IMG/VR virus record: IMGVR_UViG_3300047548_000777
Coordinates: 1-64,000 of that record
Direction: 5' to 3' (one strand)
Source of the DNA: a virus
Length of the DNA: 64,000 nt
Shown: positions 28,143 to 38,500 of the stretch, one piece after another
Position numbering within the stretch: the stretch's first letter is position 1
Layout of the letters: each line of letters opens with the position of its first letter
The notes under the pieces: model-generated
The model's database searches: none
The model's input: the letters and a program-made list of their open reading frames with translations, nothing else
What the model was told of the DNA's origin: nothing
Made by a program: the position numbers and the translations under genes

Positions 28143-31100
28143 TTAACCTGATGTTTCGTTAGTTGCCGTGTTAACATTAGTTGATGGGAAGCTTCTACCA
28201 ACACCCCATACAATTCTCACTGCGCCGTTTGCACCGTCACCGCCTTGGGCGGTCGCGATTCGGGTGCTTCCGCCGGCGCCGTAAGCACCCCCATCGGGTT
28301 CAATATAATACACTTGAGCGTTACCCGTTGTAGTACGGCTGCCTGGGCCGCTGCCAGCTACCGTAGAACCATACAGAGAGGATCCAGTTCCTGTTGTGCC
28401 AGCAGCTGCACCAGTGTAGCTTCCGGCATTGCCACCACTTCCGAATGTAGTGCCGGTACTTATACGTACTCCATTAGCACCATTTCCGCCGCCGTCTCCT
28501 ACGTAACCACCGCCAGTGCCGGCACTCCCTGAAGGTTGACTAACAGAGCCGACTGTGTTGTATGGAGGGGGGTTGTTCGAATTTGGAGGCGTGTAGCTAG
28601 CAATAGTACCCGAGGTTGCGCCGCCAGCACCTTTACCTGCTACGGTGGTTAGGCTACCGAAATAACTATCTCCGGCTTTTGCACTCGAAAAACTTCCGGC
28701 GGTAAGTGGGTACGGCGCAGCACTTCCTGCCCCTACTACAACAGTATAGTTAGTTCCGTATGTTGGTACAATCTTCTTGTACCCAGTTCCTCCTCCGCCA
28801 CCTGAGTATGCCGCGTCGGCGATGCCGTTTGCTCCAATGGCTCCGGATCCTCCGCCGATGCATACGACGTGTATATTTGGAATGTACGGGTCCGGTAGAG
28901 TCCAGGTACGTGTTCCGGGAGTAGTAAATACAATACTTCCCCAGGTAGTAACAGACACAGTTCTGGATGCAGTTCCTATGTTTCCGGCTTGGTCTGCAGA
29001 GGTAGTGGCTGTTATAGTTCGTGATGCACCTTCCCCTATTGCGATCAACACTGCCTCTGTAACGAGACAACTCCAATTAGTGCCGATGATGCTAATCGGT
29101 ATTGCGCCATTAGGCCCTGATAGCGATACGGTGTATCCGCTTTCTATAGTTCCTGATATATATGTAGGTGTCGCAAGACTTGCGTAAGTTAATGCAGGAA
29201 CTGCATTTATAGTTACAATAGGTGCTGTCTTATCTACGGTGATCGCTGGAGCGAATGTTATATCTGATGAATACCCCTGTGCATTGGTTTGCCTAACTTG
29301 TACAACATTCACTGCATAGGATCCTTCTCCGAGAGTAAAGCTGGTTACGTTATATGCCATAGTTGTCCAACTACCACCGCCGTTGATACTATACTGCCAA
29401 GATCCAGTTGAACCCACAGTTATACCGGAAACATTTATTGTTCCATTGCTTGTATAGTAATCAGATGCTGAACTACCGGTATCGGATGCGAGTGCCAATG
29501 TTAACTTAGGTGGGACCGTAGTTACAGTTATAGTTCTAGAAGTACTTGAAGCATTTCCTGCGGTATCTGTTGCTGTAGCAGTAATAATTCTACCAGTTCC
29601 AGCACCCATTGCGGTGAAGTCAGCAGATGTAATTAGATAACTCCAAGTTGTTCCGCTGACTGTGGCAGTTCTTACTGTTCCGTTGAGAGATACAGATACT
29701 GTACTGCCGCTTGTTACCGTTCCGGTAATTGAAGTAACTCCTGCGTCTTGAGAACTTATGATAATATCATCTCCAGAAATGATATTCATAGTTATTGTAG
29801 GAGCAGTGGTATCTACAGTAATGGTCGAAGGATATGTGGTTACAGCAGATGGATAATTTTGTGCGTTAAATTGTCTAACGTTTACGCTGTCATAGGTTCC
29901 CTCGGAGAGGACGAAACTAGTTGTAGTAGGGGCCTGATTTGCACTCCAGCTGGAACCCCCGTTGGTACTGTATTGCCAATACCCGCCAGTAACTTGTCCA
30001 GAAACTGTCATAGTTCCATTACTCGTAATTCGATCCGATGCCGAACTACCTGTATCAGATGCTAAAGTTAAAGTTAACGCAGCCGGGACTGAAGTATACG
30101 TTACTGTCTGAGTTGCAGTTGCAGTGTTTCCTGCCTTGTCTGTAGCCGTGGCAGTTATAACTTTACTAGTCCCAATACCAAGCGCTGTTAAATCAGCTGA
30201 TACAATAGTGTAAGACCAAGAAGTGCCTGTTATTGAAGCTGTTTTTGTTGTAGTACCAAATGTCAACTTAACAGTATCAATGTAATCGTCATTCACTGTT
30301 CCGGTAATTGAAGTTACCCCTGCATCCTCAGAGCTTATTAGTATGTTATCACCGGAAACTATATTCATAGTTACAGTGGGTGATGTCTTATCTACTACAA
30401 CTGCTGATGCGTATGTAGTTATAGCAGACGGATAGTTTTGTGCGTTAAACTGTTGAACTTTTATGTTATTGGCTGAATAACTTCCTTCGTCGAGAGTAAA
30501 AAATGTTGTAGTAGACGCTTGATCAGCGCTCCAATTAGCTCCTGCATCAATGCTATATCTCCAAATTCCACCAGTAACCACACCAGATACGTTCATTCTT
30601 CCATTATTTGTAATTCTATCACTTGTAGAAATACCGGTATCGGATGCCAATGCAAGCGTTAATGTAGCCGGGACGGTAGTATTAGTCACATACCTAGTCA
30701 CAGTTCCTATGTTTCCTGCAGTATCTGCAGATGTAGTAGCAGTTATAGGTATGTTTACCCCGGTTCCTAAAACTGTACTACCTATATCAGTTGAAGTAAG
30801 AGCATAGCTCCACGTTGTTCCACTGACTGTAGCAGTTCTTGTTGTTGTTTTGAGGGTCAACGTTACAGTCCTTCCGCTTTCCACAGTTCCAGTTATTGTT
30901 GTTGTGCCGGTTATAATATCGTCTCCACTTATAACATCCATGGTCACGCTCGGTGCAGTGGTATCTACAGTAACTGCTGATGCATATTTTATCGGAGTTG
31001 ATGGGTAGTTTCCATCTGCACTAAACTGCCTTGCTTGAATTTGATTGGCTGCATATGTTCCTTCTCCAAGTACAAAACTACTTGTACCCGCCGTCGGGGT

Positions 31101-32633
31101 ACTTCCGTCAGTCCAGCTAGCCCCAGAGTCGGTACTATACTGCCATTTAGCAGCACTAGCAGATATACCTGTAACCGTCATAGTTCCATTACTTGTAATT
31201 TTATCAGTTGCAGAACTACCTGTATCTTGTGCAAGTGCAATCGAAGTTAACTGGCTAGGAGCTTGGACAACTGTTACAGTCCTAGTTGCAGTTCCGTCAG
31301 TATTTCCTGCTAAATCTGTTGCAGTAGCAATTATAGTTTTATTTGTTCCATATCCAAGGCTAGTTAAATCAGCTGCTACGACAGTGTAAGTCCATGTAGA
31401 TCCGGATATTGAAGCAGTTTTTATTGTAGCTCCAAATGTTAACTTAACAGTATTGACATTTGCATCTGTTACTGTTCCGGTAATTTGAGTAATTCCTGGG
31501 TCAACGTTATCTACTAAAATGTTATCGCTAGAAATTGTATTGATGGTTATTGTCGGAGAAGTTGTATCTATCTTGATTGTCGAAGTGTTTCCTACCGGAA
31601 TTGATGAATACCCAGATGAGTTTGTTTGCCTGACTTGAATTTTATTAGCTGTGTAAGTGCCTTCTGCCAGTTCAAACGTATTTGTGCTTAGGTCTTTACT
31701 TGTCCAGCTATTTCCGCCATCGATGCTGTACTGCCAAGATCCGCCGGCACCAACATTTATATCAAGAACAAGCACTGTTCCGTTCTTTGTAATTTTATCA
31801 GTAGTTGATGTTCCGGTGTCTTCTGCAAGAGCAAAGGATACGTTGCTTGGTGCAATGCCAACAGTTACTGTTTTAGAAGTAGTTGCGGTATTTCCTGCTC
31901 GATCCGTTCCTGTAGCAGTTATAACCTTATTAGAACCAGCGCCTAATGCTAATAGATCGTCTAATACAACAGTATATGTCCATGAGGTTCCATTAACTAT
32001 TGCATTTCTGGTTACCGTATTAAATTTTAGAGTGACTGCGCTGTCACTTGTTACTACACCAGTAATAGCTGTAACGCCAGGGTCTTCGTTGCTTATTAGA
32101 ACATTATCTACAGAAATAGTATTAATTGTTATCAGAGGCGCTGTACCGTCTACTATAATTTGTGTGGGATTAGTTGCCGGGATTGAAGTAAATCCTACCG
32201 CGTTAGTTTGTCTAACTTGAACTTGTCCAACTGCGTATGTCCCGTTATTTAAAATAAAACTATTCACGTTAGTTGGTAATGGTGTCCATGATGCACCCGA
32301 GTTCGTACTGTACTCCCAATATCCGTTAGTGACATTTATGCCGGATACCACTGTTGCACCATTGCTTGTGATATTATCAGTTGATGACAGTCCTGTATCT
32401 TGTTGCAATGTAAATGATAATTTATCTGGTATTGGGTTGAAAAACGGCAGTTGCTTCCACAAAATCACATCTGTATTAATTTCACTAAACGATGCAAGTT
32501 CTACTTTTTCATTGGTAGTGTTAAATCTTAACATTCCTTCGATTGCAGTAACAGGTCGTTCGTCAGTGATTCCTACCGCAACTTTTAAGTAATCGGTATC
32601 GACTATGGATATTCCGTTAATTTGAAGGGCCAT
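28143..32633 (-). CDS. Fibre/adhesin-like virion protein with about 12 tandem bacterial Ig-like domains and a Gly-rich C-terminal domain
   Basis: Six L..DTG.S..D..T.NG...W.YS...G.SW units alternating with six D.T.P..T.....I.GT...WSY...TAT..D.AGN units. Confidence 0.8.
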   Translation of the reverse strand: MALQINGISIVDTDYLKVAVGITDERPVTAIEGMLRFNTTNEKVELASFSEINTDVILWKQLPFFNPIPDKLSFTLQQDTGLSSTDNITSNGATVVSGINVTNGYWEYSTNSGASWTPLPTNVNSFILNNGTYAVGQVQVRQTNAVGFTSIPATNPTQIIVDGTAPLITINTISVDNVLISNEDPGVTAITGVVTSDSAVTLKFNTVTRNAIVNGTSWTYTVVLDDLLALGAGSNKVITATGTDRAGNTATTSKTVTVGIAPSNVSFALAEDTGTSTTDKITKNGTVLVLDINVGAGGSWQYSIDGGNSWTSKDLSTNTFELAEGTYTANKIQVRQTNSSGYSSIPVGNTSTIKIDTTSPTITINTISSDNILVDNVDPGITQITGTVTDANVNTVKLTFGATIKTASISGSTWTYTVVAADLTSLGYGTNKTIIATATDLAGNTDGTATRTVTVVQAPSQLTSIALAQDTGSSATDKITSNGTMTVTGISASAAKWQYSTDSGASWTDGSTPTAGTSSFVLGEGTYAANQIQARQFSADGNYPSTPIKYASAVTVDTTAPSVTMDVISGDDIITGTTTITGTVESGRTVTLTLKTTTRTATVSGTTWSYALTSTDIGSTVLGTGVNIPITATTSADTAGNIGTVTRYVTNTTVPATLTLALASDTGISTSDRITNNGRMNVSGVVTGGIWRYSIDAGANWSADQASTTTFFTLDEGSYSANNIKVQQFNAQNYPSAITTYASAVVVDKTSPTVTMNIVSGDNILISSEDAGVTSITGTVNDDYIDTVKLTFGTTTKTASITGTSWSYTIVSADLTALGIGTSKVITATATDKAGNTATATQTVTYTSVPAALTLTLASDTGSSASDRITSNGTMTVSGQVTGGYWQYSTNGGSSWSANQAPTTTSFVLSEGTYDSVNVRQFNAQNYPSAVTTYPSTITVDTTAPTITMNIISGDDIIISSQDAGVTSITGTVTSGSTVSVSLNGTVRTATVSGTTWSYLITSADFTAMGAGTGRIITATATDTAGNASSTSRTITVTTVPPKLTLALASDTGSSASDYYTSNGTINVSGITVGSTGSWQYSINGGGSWTTMAYNVTSFTLGEGSYAVNVVQVRQTNAQGYSSDITFAPAITVDKTAPIVTINAVPALTYASLATPTYISGTIESGYTVSLSGPNGAIPISIIGTNWSCLVTEAVLIAIGEGASRTITATTSADQAGNIGTASRTVSVTTWGSIVFTTPGTRTWTLPDPYIPNIHVVCIGGGSGAIGANGIADAAYSGGGGGTGYKKIVPTYGTNYTVVVGAGSAAPYPLTAGSFSSAKAGDSYFGSLTTVAGKGAGGATSGTIASYTPPNSNNPPPYNTVGSVSQPSGSAGTGGGYVGDGGGNGANGVRISTGTTFGSGGNAGSYTGAAAGTTGTGSSLYGSTVAGSGPGSRTTTGNAQVYYIEPDGGAYGAGGSTRIATAQGGDGANGAVRIVWGVGRSFPSTNVNTATNETSG

Positions 32634-32654
32634 ATAATTATTTCCTAACTCACA

Positions 32655-33623
32655 TTAAACAGCAGCAGCATTATTAGGGAAACTCCTGCCTGTTCCCCAT
32701 ATTATGCGCACCACTCCATTTGCACCCGTTCCGGCAGATCCGCCGCCGCCACCGTAAGAACCACCGTTAGAAGTTTGATTAAGCCCGGTTCCGCCGCTGC
32801 CGCCGCCGCCTCGGCGCGATTGACCGTTTAGAACCGGAGATCCGGCTGTTCCGTTTGCACCAACTCCATATATACCTACGCCGCCCCCACCGCCACCGGC
32901 AGTACCACCGGAGCCACCACCACCTCCGCCACCTCCTTGTCCTGCATTACCGGAGAATTGACTAGTACTACCATTAAATCCGGAACCGCCGTCTCCGCCG
33001 GCACCGCCGTATCCTCCGGCACCACCACCCCCTCCTATCAAGGAGCCTCCGGTGCCGCCGTTGCCACCACTACCGTACAAAGATTGGTATGTGCCGCCTA
33101 GTCCGGCGGCACCATTCGTTCCACCTATTCCTCGTTTGCCGCCACCGGCTCGACAAACTTCGGCTCCATCAGGTAATTTAAAATAGCTATCTCCACCGTC
33201 AGTAGCAAACACTGAACCCCCCACTGAGTACTTACAAATTGTTCCCGGAGTTACTGGTATGTCGTTAGCATATGCTAGTGCTCCTCCCCCTCCGCCGGCG
33301 CCGTAACTACCTGCACTAGCACTTCCGCTTCCTCCGGCTCCAATGCATAATATCGAAATTTTAGTGACACCGTCCGGCACCAACCACTCTGTTTCAGAAG
33401 TGGTAGTTGCAGTGAATGTTGCATCTCCGTAGCTTGATACCCCATACCCTATATATTGCCACCCACTGCTGGTATATACTTCTAGATAGCCAATATCGGT
33501 ATTATATCTTGTCATGCCGATTACTGGAGTAGACGGTCTTTGTGCAGTAGTGCCTGCTGGTAAAGACAAATAACTAGTAGGACTATCAATAATAGTTGTT
33601 GTGCCGTTTATTCTTAATGACAT
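32655..33623 (-). CDS. Glycine-rich short fibre protein
   Basis: LPAGTTAQRP...GMTRYNT N-terminal module; W.VPDGVTKISILCIGAGG; poly-Gly runs; start MSLRING after AGGAG. Confidence 0.75.
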   Translation of the reverse strand: MSLRINGTTTIIDSPTSYLSLPAGTTAQRPSTPVIGMTRYNTDIGYLEVYTSSGWQYIGYGVSSYGDATFTATTTSETEWLVPDGVTKISILCIGAGGSGSASAGSYGAGGGGGALAYANDIPVTPGTICKYSVGGSVFATDGGDSYFKLPDGAEVCRAGGGKRGIGGTNGAAGLGGTYQSLYGSGGNGGTGGSLIGGGGGAGGYGGAGGDGGSGFNGSTSQFSGNAGQGGGGGGGGSGGTAGGGGGGVGIYGVGANGTAGSPVLNGQSRRGGGGSGGTGLNQTSNGGSYGGGGGSAGTGANGVVRIIWGTGRSFPNNAAAV

Positions 33624-33639
33624 ATCTGTTTTACTCCTG

Positions 33640-35526
33640 TTAAACAACTTTAGTTGTTAAAGTATCGACATCGTTAGATAGTTCTTTAATTGCTTCGATT
33701 AAAAATCCAATCAAGGACACATAGTTAACGCTCTTTGATCCATTTATCTCATGAACCACTTCAGGTAATACCTTTTCAATTTCTTGCGCGATTACTCCGT
33801 AACCTAAGTGCCCGGTATTCCTCCAATTAAAAGAAACTCCTCGTAATCTTGATAATACATTAACAGAATCTTGAATTGTTTTAATATTTTCTTTTAATCG
33901 TTGATCAGATGCAAAGTTAATGTTGGTTGCGTATAGAGTTTGATTTCCAGAAGTATAATACATGTTAGTGGAATCAACTGCACCTTTATCCCAGGTACCA
34001 GTTGAGGCCGACGACATAGGTAAGTAATAGGTTGTATTTGCGCAAGTTCCTGCTAACGAAATTGCTGCAGTATATTTAACTCCGTTAATGCATAATCCAG
34101 TATCATCAACCCGTAGACGTTCGCATGTTCCAGTTCCCATCAGTACAGTATTGCATAAACCAGCAGCACCTGCCATTGGCCCTATAATAATATTATTTGA
34201 ACCAGTAGTTACTGAACAGCCCGAGAAACAACCAAAGAATGTGTTATTTGATCCGGTAGTATTATTATATCCAGAACAGTACCCTGCAAAGAAATTGTGA
34301 GCTCCGGACGTATTTTTATAACCAGCCAGTCTACCGTAAAAAATATTATGTTCACCAGTAGAATTAGAATAACCATTTTCCTGACCAATAAAGATATTAT
34401 TACTGCCTGCGCCGGTTGCATTGCTCCCACTTGATTGGCCAAAGAATATATTATTACTACCTATATTTTTAAGGCCAGCATTGCATCCGATAAAAATATT
34501 ATGTGTTCCAGTTTCGTTACATGCTCCTGCGGAATAGTTAATAAATGTGTTGTAACAGCCGGTATCATTTTTATATCCTGCTTGATAGCCTATAAAAATG
34601 TTACTCATTCCAGTAGAGTTTGTAAATCCAGATAACCCACCAATAAATACGTTGGCCGAACCAGTAACGTTACATATTCCCGCTGAACCACCAATAAAGG
34701 TATTATTATTACCTACAGAATTTCTAAAACCTGCACAGAATCCAAAAAATGTATTACTTGATCCAGCAGTGTTACAGTAGCCTGCACGGTTTCCAAAAAA
34801 GTTATTATTGGACCCAGTGCTGTTTGTTACACCAGCGCAATATCCAGCAAAGAAGTTACTGGTTCCAGTCCCTCCTTGTCCTGCTTGGCTACTGTATATA
34901 GTTCCACAAACTCCTGCAGATTTTGAAATTTCTCCGCTACTGCCGGTATACCCGCATGACCCTTGGCTTCCGGTGTATCCAACAGATCCAGTATACCCAG
35001 TGTCACCTCGACTACCAACATATCCGGTGTCACCTCGACTGCCGGTATAGCCAACAGATCCAGTATACCCAGTGTCACCTCGACTACCGGCGTATCCGGT
35101 AAATACAGACCCGTTGATGAACAAGCCAGTAGCATCAACTTTTAATCTCTCGGTAGCACCTGCTGCCAGAATAACCGTATTACACAACCCAGCAGATCCA
35201 GCAACACTTCCAATGATGACGTTGTTTGATCCAGTAGTTACCGCACATCCTGCATTGCAACCAAAGAATGTATTATTACTACCTGTAGAGTTAGATCGAC
35301 CGGCACAGAATCCAGCAAAGAAATTATGTTTACCGGTGCCACCGGTGCCTGCTTGGCTACTATATATAGTTCCGCAAACACCACTTAGCTTAAATTCCCC
35401 GTAACCTTCTAAACTAATGTCACCGGTACCTAAAATACTACATCCGCCGATAGTCTTTAAGTTTGTTATGTTTTCTAAGCCTCTACTATCATTGATAACA
35501 GTACAGCTATTAATTTTAATTGCCAT
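33640..35526 (-). CDS. Tail fibre with N.F.G..AG..N..G repeats, a collagen-like segment and a C-terminal intramolecular chaperone (peptidase S74-like)
   Basis: SDQRLKENI...GVIAQEIEKVLPEVV...VNYVSLIGFLIEAIKEL. Confidence 0.82.
   Translation of the reverse strand: MAIKINSCTVINDSRGLENITNLKTIGGCSILGTGDISLEGYGEFKLSGVCGTIYSSQAGTGGTGKHNFFAGFCAGRSNSTGSNNTFFGCNAGCAVTTGSNNVIIGSVAGSAGLCNTVILAAGATERLKVDATGLFINGSVFTGYAGSRGDTGYTGSVGYTGSRGDTGYVGSRGDTGYTGSVGYTGSQGSCGYTGSSGEISKSAGVCGTIYSSQAGQGGTGTSNFFAGYCAGVTNSTGSNNNFFGNRAGYCNTAGSSNTFFGFCAGFRNSVGNNNTFIGGSAGICNVTGSANVFIGGLSGFTNSTGMSNIFIGYQAGYKNDTGCYNTFINYSAGACNETGTHNIFIGCNAGLKNIGSNNIFFGQSSGSNATGAGSNNIFIGQENGYSNSTGEHNIFYGRLAGYKNTSGAHNFFAGYCSGYNNTTGSNNTFFGCFSGCSVTTGSNNIIIGPMAGAAGLCNTVLMGTGTCERLRVDDTGLCINGVKYTAAISLAGTCANTTYYLPMSSASTGTWDKGAVDSTNMYYTSGNQTLYATNINFASDQRLKENIKTIQDSVNVLSRLRGVSFNWRNTGHLGYGVIAQEIEKVLPEVVHEINGSKSVNYVSLIGFLIEAIKELSNDVDTLTTKVV
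34935..35100 (-). repeat. Collagen-like GYTGS(RGDT/V) coding repeat
   Basis: Repeated GTGTCACCTCGACT and AACAGATCCAGTATACCCA on the + strand; G-X-Y periodicity. Confidence 0.85.
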
Positions 35527-35564
35527 CTTCGTTCTCTCCTATAACTGTGAACTCGGCACAATAT

Positions 35565-38500
35565 TTATTGGTTACCCAATCGCTTGTTTAACTCTTCTAT
35601 CTGTTCTTGTTGGCGTTTTACAACGGCAATCAGTAATGGAATTAGCTGTGAATAGTTTACACTTTTAATTCCATAGTCATTGGTACTAACTACTTCAGGT
35701 AATACCGTTTCAATATCTTGTGCTATGACACCGTATGCAGTTTTTCCGGTTTCTTTCCATGAAAATTTAACTGGTTGAACTTTCTCTAAAATGCCAAAAG
35801 AATCAGAAATTTCTTCTATATTTTCTTTGAAACGAGCATCAGACAAACTGTTTATTTCAGTAGCGCTTAATGTTCCTGTACTAGGTACAAATGTAAGTTT
35901 AGTGGAACTTACATATCCGGACTGTGCACCAGTGTTCGACGAAAAGAACGCAGGGTAATATGTTCCTGCATCGGCTGTTTCGTCAGTAATTTTTACTAAT
36001 TCATCAGTATTAGTATCAACATAAGTAGAATTAATAGTAATAACATCATCTGTCCTAGCTAACGAAATGTTAGAGCCTGCTTTTAACGTTACACTGTCAG
36101 TTCCACTACCACTTCCAGTAGCAGTTAATATAATAGTCTTTTCACCCGTTACTGCCCCATCTCCTGCACTGATACTATACGTTGTATCGGTGTTAGTTGA
36201 GTTAATTATTAACTTTTGATCCGTTTCACTCCAAGAAACTACTGTAGAACCTGAACCAGTTACTCTAATGGAATCTGTACTACTATCGTTTCCTATTAAC
36301 TGTAAATCAACGATATTAGTTGTATCTGCAGGTGTTGACCCATCTAACGAATATGTAGTATTTGTAAACGAAGAACCAAATGTAATTTGATTTTCGCTAT
36401 CCCTGGTGATAGAAATATTCGAGCCTGCTTTTAGTATTACACTGTCAGCTGATGAATCACTACCAGATAATTTTAAACTTGCGCCTCCTGTTTCTGTTTC
36501 AGCAGAAATTGTGTAAGTTGTATTTACGTAGGTAGAACCAATCGTTATTTTCTGGGTGTCTTCATCCCATGATACTGTAGTAGAGCCGATTCCGGCTATC
36601 CTAATAGAATCTGTGCTACTATCTGTTCCCACCAATTCAAGGTCAACTATATTCTCTGACGGTGATGTGCCATCTAACGAATATGTAGTATTTGTAAACG
36701 AAGAACCAAATGTAATTTGATTTTCATCATCCCTGGTGATAGAAATATTTGATCCTGCGATTAACTTCACGCTATCGGTTGATAAATCGGCTCCGGATAA
36801 TTTTAAACTTGCACCATTAGTCTCTGTTTCAGCAGAAATTGTGTAAGTTGTGTTCGTTGCAGAAATTGTTAACTTCTGATTTGTCTCATCCCAAGAAACA
36901 GTGGCAGCTCCAGAACCGGTTATTCTAATAGAATCTGTGCTACTATCTGTTCCCACCAATTCAAGGTCAACTACATTAGCTGACGGTGATGTGCCATCTA
37001 ATGTGTAAGTTGTATTGACATATGATGAATCAATTGTTAACTGCTGGGTATCCTCATCCCAGGCGACAGTAGTGGATCCTGAACCTGTTACTCTAATATA
37101 ATCTTCAACAGCATCAGAATCAATTAATTGAATATCAACTATATTAGCTGATGGGGTTGTACCATCTAGCCAATAAGTTTTATTCACAACATCCCCTGTA
37201 GTTATTGTCTGTACGTGTCCGAATGTATCAAATGTAATTGCGTTAACAAATTTATTTGTTTGGGCAGTTACGTCTTCTACGCTACTGGTATCTTTATGTT
37301 CTATACGTATAGCATCGTTATTTGCATCAGCAGATACTCTTATTCCGGATCCTGCAACTATTTTTAGCTGATCATTAACACTATCAGTTACAACTTGGGT
37401 TCCATCTGCGGTATTCCAATTATATTCGGTATCAGTGTTGTCTATAGTTATGGTATTAAACGAACTAAGACCCGTAGCAGACATAGTGACCGAATTAGTG
37501 TCGTCATCATATGCTATTAATATGTTTGATCCGGCTACCAGATTTAATCTTTCAGTATTAACATCCAGTGTTAACTTTGAATCCGTGCCATCACCTATGG
37601 TAAGCGTATGGCTGTGCCCTACTAGGGCAAAATCTTCAGCATGATAGCTGTCAAGTAAATCTGCATTTAAATTAGCAACTACAGTTGTGCTAGCTACGCT
37701 CAAAGGAGCGGTTCCTACCTCAACTGTAGATACTAATTGTGTAGCTGTTACAGTTCCTGGGAATATGGTGTTTCCAGAAGCATCCAGTAAAGTAGCAGTT
37801 CTAACATCTTCTGTACCGTATTGCCTGACATAAATTGGTTCATTTTTATTATTGCCCGTTGCAATTTCTAAAAATCCTGCATCAATACCAGTTGCGCCGC
37901 CGCCAATGTACCAGTAATCAGACTCTCCAACTAGTCCTTTAACACCCCTATTCGTATTGCCATCAGCAAAAGTGATATTTCCAGTTCCTGTTACGGTATA
38001 TGACGGGGAAGAAAAGTTTTGATTACTTGTCCAACTATCTGTAGAATCAACCCATAATATAGTTTTATCTGTGGTTCCTTTTAACGTAATGCCGCCACCG
38101 TCTGCAGTTACATCAGTCGGTCCGGTGGTTGTAATATCAGTAACTGTACCTGTAGTTGGTGCTGTACCACCAGTATACGTATACGTAATGCTAGTAGAAC
38201 TATCAACAGAAAATACTACAGCAGTACCCCCAGTTCCTATTGTTCCTGCACCATTAGTTGCTGTGATAGCGGCACCTGGAATTAGTCCAGATGTATTAGT
38301 CATTCCAGTAATTGCAGCAGTCCAGGGCCCGGTGCCAGTAATTGAGCCTACTGTTCCTGTTATACTGACAACCGCAGATACAATAGACCCAAGTTCGATA
38401 TTTTTATCGTCAACAGTTAGTATATTAGTATTAACAGTAGTGGTTGTTCCGTTTACTATTAGATTACCACTTACCACTAGACTAGGACTGTGTATTGTAG

